Source: a virus
Lineage: Duplodnaviria > Caudoviricetes
IMG/VR virus record: IMGVR_UViG_3300012971_000067
Coordinates: 1 to 29,467 of that record
Strand: one strand, 5' to 3'
Length of the DNA stretch: 29,467 bases
Shown: one piece after another, positions 26,479 to 29,467 of the stretch
Position numbering within the stretch: position 1 is the first letter of the stretch
Layout of the letters: the number at the start of each line of letters is the position of its first letter
Notes under the pieces: generated by a model
What the model was told of the DNA's origin: nothing
Databases searched by the model: none
What the model saw: the letters and a program-made list of their open reading frames with translations, nothing else
Made by a program: the position numbers and the translations under genes

Positions 26479-26759
26479 GGTTCGGCCTCGAGCGAGATCG
26501 GCCCGCGCGGAAGGCTCGTCGAGCATTGACCGCTTTGTTGAGCGCACATATCGGCGAGCACGCCGAGGAGCCGCTCGATGTTCCCCACGTTGGTCTGGTT
26601 GAACTGCACGCGCCCGAGCATGGGCGTGTCGATTTCCTGGGTCGCCTGGCCCGTCATGAACGCGATGTATTGCGTCTGGACCTGGTTAAGCAAAGCGCAC
26701 CAGTCGGTTTGTCCCGTCGGATCGTAGAGTCGGAGGTTTCGGAGCGGTGGTGCTGGCAT
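26475..26759 (-). CDS. Head-to-tail joining protein gpW-like
   Basis: 94 aa between TerL and portal; FMTGQ...RVQF...L...RGPI pattern; SD GAGGA. Confidence 0.75.
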   Translation of the reverse strand: MPAPPLRNLRLYDPTGQTDWCALLNQVQTQYIAFMTGQATQEIDTPMLGRVQFNQTNVGNIERLLGVLADMCAQQSGQCSTSLPRGPISLEAEP

Positions 26760-28694
26760 CTAGTCCTCGGTGAAATCCGTTTTCATTGGAAAGGCTTTGA
26801 ACTGCGGAACGGGCTGGCGGACCACTTCCGCTTTGGTCGCGGAAGGAGGCTCAACCGCGCGGATTCGCGTAAGCAAATTCTGGGTTTCGTCCCACTTCTC
26901 CGCGGGCCAGGTTTCGAGCCGCAACGACGCCGCGGCCGCCATCGCATACACCCGGCAATCGAGCGCTTCATTCCTGTCGCGCCGCTTCTCCCAGGCGAAG
27001 CGGCGATAGCCGCGCTCTATGCGCGTGACAAGTTGCTCGCCGCACAGCTGTTCGAAGTACTCTTTCGAGTACTGCGGGAAGTGACAGAACCCGGCCGGCC
27101 ACTTCTCGCCGCGCGAATAATCCGGAACCGCCAGGCGCAAGCGCCGGTACAGTTGCTCCTTCGCAATCGAGACGTTGATGGGCCACACGCGCGCTCCGTG
27201 CTTGACGCGCCGCCCCATCGGCCCCACCTCGACGATGGTCGGCACTCCCAGGAACGACGCCGAATGCTGCTGCCCCTTGACGCCCATGACCCGCTGCGCG
27301 CTCATGTCGCGTACAAAGTCGTAAACCGCAAGCGTGTTGTAGCCGGTGTCGATGGCAAGCTTCGAGATCCGCGCGGGCGCTCCATAGAAGGTCGGGAAAT
27401 CCGCGTCCATCAGGCGCGCCACCTGCTTGTAGATATCGGGCTGGTTGGTGTCGCCCTCGAATACGCGATAGTCAATCGACCAGGTCTCGTCGTTGCGGCC
27501 GTGCGCGACCACCTCGATTTCGATGCGCCGCGCTTGCACATCCGCGCCAGCCGTCAGCACCAGTGCGCCTTCCGGCAGCATCCCGATGGGATACTCTTCG
27601 CGCCGCTCGTACAGGCGCGCGTCGTCGGGAACCTCACCCTGGTCGGCCCAGGGGAGCCCCAGGATGGTGTTCCAGAACACTTGCCGCTTGGTCGAGTCCT
27701 CTTCCGAGGCTTCGTGTTTCTCCGCAATCTTCGCCCACGACAACCAGCCAACCGGCGAGTAGTAGGACGGCAGATAAAAGCTCCGAACCTTTGCGCCGGG
27801 ATTGTGAGCGCGCCATTGGCCGCGCGGGAGCATCCAGTTTTTCTGGTGATTCACGATCACGCCGTCGCAAGCCTCGCAGACGAAATGAGCGGATTCGGGA
27901 TTGCCTTTCGCGTAGACAAAGTTGTCGGGCTTCAACTCCTGCATGAATTCGCAGTGAGGACACGGAACGTAGAAGTGCTCTTGCGTGCCCGACTGGAAGA
28001 ACTTCTCAATGCGGGAGCGCCCCTGGAGCACCGGAGTCGAGGTGATGAAGATTTTGCGCCGCGCGAAATTCGTGGTGCGGGCTATCGCCAGGTCGCACGG
28101 CTCGCCCTCTTCCTCTACGTCCTCTTTGAAGCCGTCCACCTCGTCCAGAAATAGATACCGCACTGGAGTCGAGCGCAACCCTTTCGCGCTGTTCGCGCCG
28201 GTCATGACCAGGATGCCGCCGGGGAATTCCTTTGCGAGGACCGTGTTTCCGGAATCCCTCGAGCGCGAATCCCGCACCTTGGCCCGAAGCGCCGGGCAAT
28301 CCTCGATCAGCGGCGCGATGCGCTGTTTGGAATTGCGCTTCGCCATCTCGACCGAAGGCTGAACGGCCATCATGGGACCGGGGGCCATGTCAATCGAGTA
28401 GCCCAGCCAGTTGTTCCCGCATTCCGTTTTTCCCACCTGGGAACCGGACATGAGCACAACCATCTCCGCGCGGTTCGAAGGCGATAGAGCGTTCATGACC
28501 TCTTTGAGGTACGGCGTCCTCGACGTCCGCCAGGGACCAGGCTCCGGGGAGCTCCGCGACGTGAGCACGCGATTCTTGTCGGCCCATTCGCTCACCGTCA
28601 TCGACGGATCGGGAGCCAGAGCGCGCGCGGCGGCCTCGCGCACCACGGCCGAGACCTGAGCCATCGACGCGCCGATGGATTCCTGTGGCGTCAC
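26760..28694 (-). CDS. terL: Terminase large subunit, GpA family
   Basis: 644 aa; GPWRTSRTPY, Walker A SQVGKTE, Walker B YLFLDEVD, ITSTP, CPHC/CEAC, GADVQ, IDTG and RNEALDCRVYA motifs. Confidence 0.97.
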   Translation of the reverse strand: MTPQESIGASMAQVSAVVREAAARALAPDPSMTVSEWADKNRVLTSRSSPEPGPWRTSRTPYLKEVMNALSPSNRAEMVVLMSGSQVGKTECGNNWLGYSIDMAPGPMMAVQPSVEMAKRNSKQRIAPLIEDCPALRAKVRDSRSRDSGNTVLAKEFPGGILVMTGANSAKGLRSTPVRYLFLDEVDGFKEDVEEEGEPCDLAIARTTNFARRKIFITSTPVLQGRSRIEKFFQSGTQEHFYVPCPHCEFMQELKPDNFVYAKGNPESAHFVCEACDGVIVNHQKNWMLPRGQWRAHNPGAKVRSFYLPSYYSPVGWLSWAKIAEKHEASEEDSTKRQVFWNTILGLPWADQGEVPDDARLYERREEYPIGMLPEGALVLTAGADVQARRIEIEVVAHGRNDETWSIDYRVFEGDTNQPDIYKQVARLMDADFPTFYGAPARISKLAIDTGYNTLAVYDFVRDMSAQRVMGVKGQQHSASFLGVPTIVEVGPMGRRVKHGARVWPINVSIAKEQLYRRLRLAVPDYSRGEKWPAGFCHFPQYSKEYFEQLCGEQLVTRIERGYRRFAWEKRRDRNEALDCRVYAMAAAASLRLETWPAEKWDETQNLLTRIRAVEPPSATKAEVVRQPVPQFKAFPMKTDFTED

Positions 28695-29260
28695 GCGGCC
28701 GGCTCCTGTGCGAGTCGCTTCGAAACCGTGTCGAGCGCCGCGGTAATCTCGCGCGTCAGCACGTCGTAGATCACCGTCGCATCGGATTCAGCGGCGAGCT
28801 GCGCCGCGATGCGGTCGGGAATGTTGAGCATGCCATCGCGCACCACGCGATACACGTTGAAGGTCTGGATGTCGACCTGGCGCCGCGGCATCAGCGTCCC
28901 TTGCTTCATCTCGTAATCGAGCCGCAGGAGCCGCGCCCGGTAAATCTCGCCAACAGCGCGCGCATTCGCAAAACTGAGCGTGCCGGATTGAGCGACTTCC
29001 GCCTGAAGCGCCTCACGGGATTCCGGAACGGTGGCTGGAGGTGGGATACGGTGGCTCGTTTGCGGAGGCGTCCGCTTCGGCTTAGGACCTGGCCGCGCGT
29101 TGCTGTGGTCCGTGTTCGCCTCCCAATCCCGGTCGGCTTGTTCGGAGTCGATCAGCCCGTCGGCGTTTTTGAAGATGCGTCCGCGCTCGAGCGCAAACTG
29201 GACCGCGGCTCGTCGGCAACCGCGGTGCCGGGCATACTGTGTGACATTCAAAAGCGCCAT
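28691..29260 (-). CDS. Terminase small subunit (Nu1-like), putative
   Basis: 189 aa; N-terminal HTH YARHRGCRRAAVQFA; helical C-terminus RDGMLNIPDRIA; GTGA overlap with TerL. Confidence 0.8.
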   Translation of the reverse strand: MALLNVTQYARHRGCRRAAVQFALERGRIFKNADGLIDSEQADRDWEANTDHSNARPGPKPKRTPPQTSHRIPPPATVPESREALQAEVAQSGTLSFANARAVGEIYRARLLRLDYEMKQGTLMPRRQVDIQTFNVYRVVRDGMLNIPDRIAAQLAAESDATVIYDVLTREITAALDTVSKRLAQEPAA

Positions 29261-29306
29261 TGTGTTAGGCTTGGCCTAACGCGATTCGCTTTCAGTGTTT
29301 CCTGCT

Positions 29307-29334
29307 AAAGCCGCTGATTCCCGTCAGCGGCTTT
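29307..29334. terminator. Hairpin, possible intrinsic terminator
   Basis: AAAGCCGCTGA-TTCCCG-TCAGCGGCTTT (11-bp arms) overlapping the upstream gene's stop; T-richer tail on the + strand (TTTTCCGTTT). Confidence 0.45.
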
Positions 29335-29467
29335 TCCGTTTACTAGCCGGTTTCGGAGCGGTTCCCTTGTGGGTGATTCGGCCCGCGTCCGCCTGTTTGG
29401 GCCTCGCATCTGGATTCACGTCCACGCCGCGCTCTCGCGCAACTTCCTCGAAGGTCTTTCCCGTAAC
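29324..29467 (-). CDS. C-terminal end of an upstream gene, probably a phage DNA methyltransferase (partial)
   Basis: Open frame from the window edge: VTGKTFEEVARERGVD...KRKSR*. The GxTFxEVxxER ending resembles ParB-fused N4/N6 methyltransferases commonly found upstream of this TerS type (recalled; no catalytic motif in window). Confidence 0.5.
   Translation of the reverse strand, partial: VTGKTFEEVARERGVDVNPDARPKQADAGRITHKGTAPKPASKRKSR

Larger units (their letters stand above)
1..29467 (-). mobile_element. Lambda-like siphovirus / prophage segment
   Basis: Complete colinear head and non-contractile tail module plus early genes; no host genes or att site in the window. Confidence 0.95.

Noticed and set aside
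27913-27926. TAGACAAAGTTGTC in terL resembling the DUF3102 palindrome
   Set aside because: Different spacer and short arms inside a conserved gene; compatible with chance.
25983-28154. 723-aa plus-strand ORF and other long plus-strand ORFs (e.g. 9702-10829, 25363-26529)
   Set aside because: Antisense shadows of well-supported genes; expected from high-GC codon bias; no recognisable motifs.
29335-29467. cos site upstream of TerS
   Set aside because: The region reads as the coding 3' end of an upstream gene, and no convincing cosN symmetry is seen.
1-29467. Stop-codon reassignment, CRISPR array, tRNA, intron or intein
   Set aside because: TAA, TAG and TGA all end genes with tight packing; core proteins have normal lengths; no repeat-spacer or cloverleaf pattern seen.

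Overview
The window is a continuous minus-strand segment of a high-GC, lambda-like siphovirus or prophage. From right to left it carries: the 3' end of a probable DNA methyltransferase; TerS and GpA-type TerL; gpW; a lambda-family portal; an S49 protease with a nested Nu3-like scaffold; a gpD-like decoration protein with a long tail; the gpE major capsid; head-tail/neck genes; the tail tube; a G/GT tail chaperone pair; a 1344-aa tape measure; a Dit-like protein; a fused Dit/hub(Fe-S)/tip protein; and two long fibre genes, each followed by a small putative chaperone. A structured intergenic region and a sigma70-like promoter then lead into an early module (RHH regulator, YqaJ nuclease, DUF3102 protein). 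No lysis, integrase, tRNA, CRISPR or RT/DGR genes are visible. The most unusual signals are: (1) a hairpin loop just downstream of the capsid gene that is 14/15 complementary to the SD plus AUG of the tail chaperone gene 2.5 kb away; (2) an AT-rich perfect palindrome in rare codons inside the DUF3102 gene; (3) a fibre-docking domain apparently split across the tip/fibre gene junction. All calls come from reading the sequence and recalling protein families; no searches were run.
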